A stretch of DNA of 63,819 nt, the filler included, from Rozella allomycis CSF55 (taxonomy: Eukaryota), in the NCBI GenBank assembly GCA_000442015.1. It is 7 parts of 7 records of this genome, joined end to end, with 100 filler letters (N's around TTAATTAATTAA, not from the genome) between each part and the next. Parts side by side here need not be neighbours in the genome. Positions count along the whole stretch, not along the records: positions 62,239 to 63,819 come from KE561080.1; 6 more parts are not named here. One strand, given 5' to 3'. Of the stretch, positions 62,239 through 63,819 are shown one piece after another; position 1 is the stretch's first letter; each line of letters starts with the position of its first letter. The notes beneath the pieces were generated by a model, which saw only the letters and a list, made by a program, of their open reading frames with translations, was not told the DNA's origin and did no database searches. The position numbers and the translations under genes are program-made.

Positions 62239-63108
62239 GTTAAACATTTGTAGCAAAACCACAATGAATTGAGTAATAAGTAACTATTGAATGAGTTAAA
62301 AGCTTCTCCGGATTCTTCAATAATGTGATAGTTTTTCCTTAAATGTTGTCCCATGATATGTGTTCTCATGCTTGACATCTTCAACTCTTTTTTACAAAAC
62401 GGGCAGAGGACATAATTTGGCCGAGATGACACCTGTTGTCTCCTTGATTCAACAAAGCACTCTATTTGCCTATCATTGGACTCATTAGCGGGCATAGTTT
62501 CACGAGGTTCTGCTTCGTAAGTTACGTCTGTNTTGTTGTCTTCTTTATTCAACAAAGCACTCTATTTGCCTATCATTGGGGTCATTAGCGGGCATAGTTT
62601 CACGAGGTTCTGCTTCGTAAGTTACGTCTGTCCGAGATGCTGATACTTGAGAAACGTCTGGATTAGGTACTGATACTTGAGTGTCGCCTACACGAGGACC
62701 TGAGTCTTGAGTAGCGTTCCGAATTGAGGCAATGTCGCAACTTGAAGTTGATATTTCTTCCAATCCTGCTATCTTCCGTTCCTTTTCATTTGCAAAATCT
62801 ATCTTCCGTTCTTGTTTATTTGCTAAATCCTCACCAAAGATGGGATGTATGGCTTCCTCTAGCCTATTTGTCCTCTCTTCTGCTTCAATACTCGTCGAAC
62901 TACGNTTTGCCGATGCGATTTGATTCCTTGAGCGCATTTCCTGAACAGGCGATGTGGAAAAACTATTATTATTTGTTGCGAATGGATGGGGGACTCTTCT
63001 GTCTTGCCGATGCGATTTGGTTCCTTGAGCGCATTGCCTGAACAGGCGATGTAGAAAACCTATTATTATTTGTTGCGAATGGATGGGGGACTCTTCTGTC
63101 TTCTTCTA
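62239..63108 (-). mobile_element. Possible 5' ORF region of a non-LTR retrotransposon with C2H2 finger
   Basis: CPFCKKELKMSSMRTHIMGQH...LWFCYKC resembles the N-terminal fingers of CRE/R2-like elements; fragmented by n joins. Confidence 0.4.
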
Positions 63109-63819
63109 GNTTTAGTTTTATTGAAGTTATTAAATTTTCGATATTTTCAATATATTTTATCGAAATCTTCTTCTTCTTCGACGGGTTGATTTGGCATTGT
63201 TTCTCCCTGCGACATTATCTGCCCAATTTTTATTGCTTCGAGTTTGTTATGTTTACCGTATTCTCTATCTTCACTTACGTTTGTCACGCTTTCGCTTGCG
63301 CAGTTACGAATACTCCTTTTTTATCACTTAGTTTAGTAGAATTTAGTTTTATACTCTCCATCAACAATTATTCGAGTGGTATTCGTNTTCTATAATTAGT
63401 ATCAGAATAGAGATCCGTCAGGATTAAGAGATCCTTTGAGAGTTATGACTCCTCTCTTTGATAATTATTCTAAGGAAGGTGGGATGAGAATCCCTCTATG
63501 AAATGGGATGAGAATCCCTGGTACGACAAAGAGGAAAAATTACTTCCAAATAAACAATCTTGATAAACATTTCACAAGTCAGAGACATATTTACCAGAAG
63601 GTGAGGCCTCTAAAATGACCAGAATCTATTACGCTGGATCTATTATTCTCGAAAGTCGAATTTTCAAGGATTCAAATGCGCAACAAATTACATGAATTAT
63701 TTTGAAGGTAGTCAGCCTTGCCTGTCAGCCAAACTAGAGCGCGAACCCGGAAATATAAAAGTCTATCAACGTTAGCGAAGCGATGACAATCGCTAGAAAC
63801 AAAAAGCTTTTCGTAAAGC

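Overview
This is eukaryotic DNA from a draft assembly of a flagellated early-diverging fungal relative. Gene content and the mitochondrial contig fit a Rozella-like cryptomycete; that identification is inferred, not checked. The window is not contiguous: artificial N..TTAATTAATTAA..N linkers (23632, 34919, 52789, 55387, 59852, 62183) join at least seven contigs, and single n bases mark further joins with duplicated overlaps. (1) 1-23587: transposon debris, then intron-rich nuclear genes RPB1, a Zn2Cys6 factor, PMR1, NAT3, DNAAF4 and the start of actin. (2) 23688-34874: a nearly complete, extremely AT-rich ~11.2 kb mitochondrial genome with all genes on the + strand (trnM, cox3, cob, rns, rnl, trnY, cox1 3' half, atp9, trnC, trnW, atp6, cox2, cox1 5' half). 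It uses TGA=Trp and shows no nad genes or atp8. (3) 34975-52744: AXDND1-like, ATP1, an ELMO-domain gene, APS kinase, WNK kinase and two paralogous orphan membrane-protein genes ending in KKxx. (4) 52845-end: gypsy, copia, CRE-like, MULE and Helitron fragments. The strongest leads are mitochondrial: cox1 split at the classic position-731 group I intron site (implying trans-splicing), an in-frame TAA inside cox1, three tRNAs with mismatches only at acceptor positions 1-3 (5' editing signature), a CCA-anticodon tRNA-Trp facing mostly TGA codons, a PEWY-to-PHWY change in cytochrome b, and a duplicated A-B-A'-B' element.
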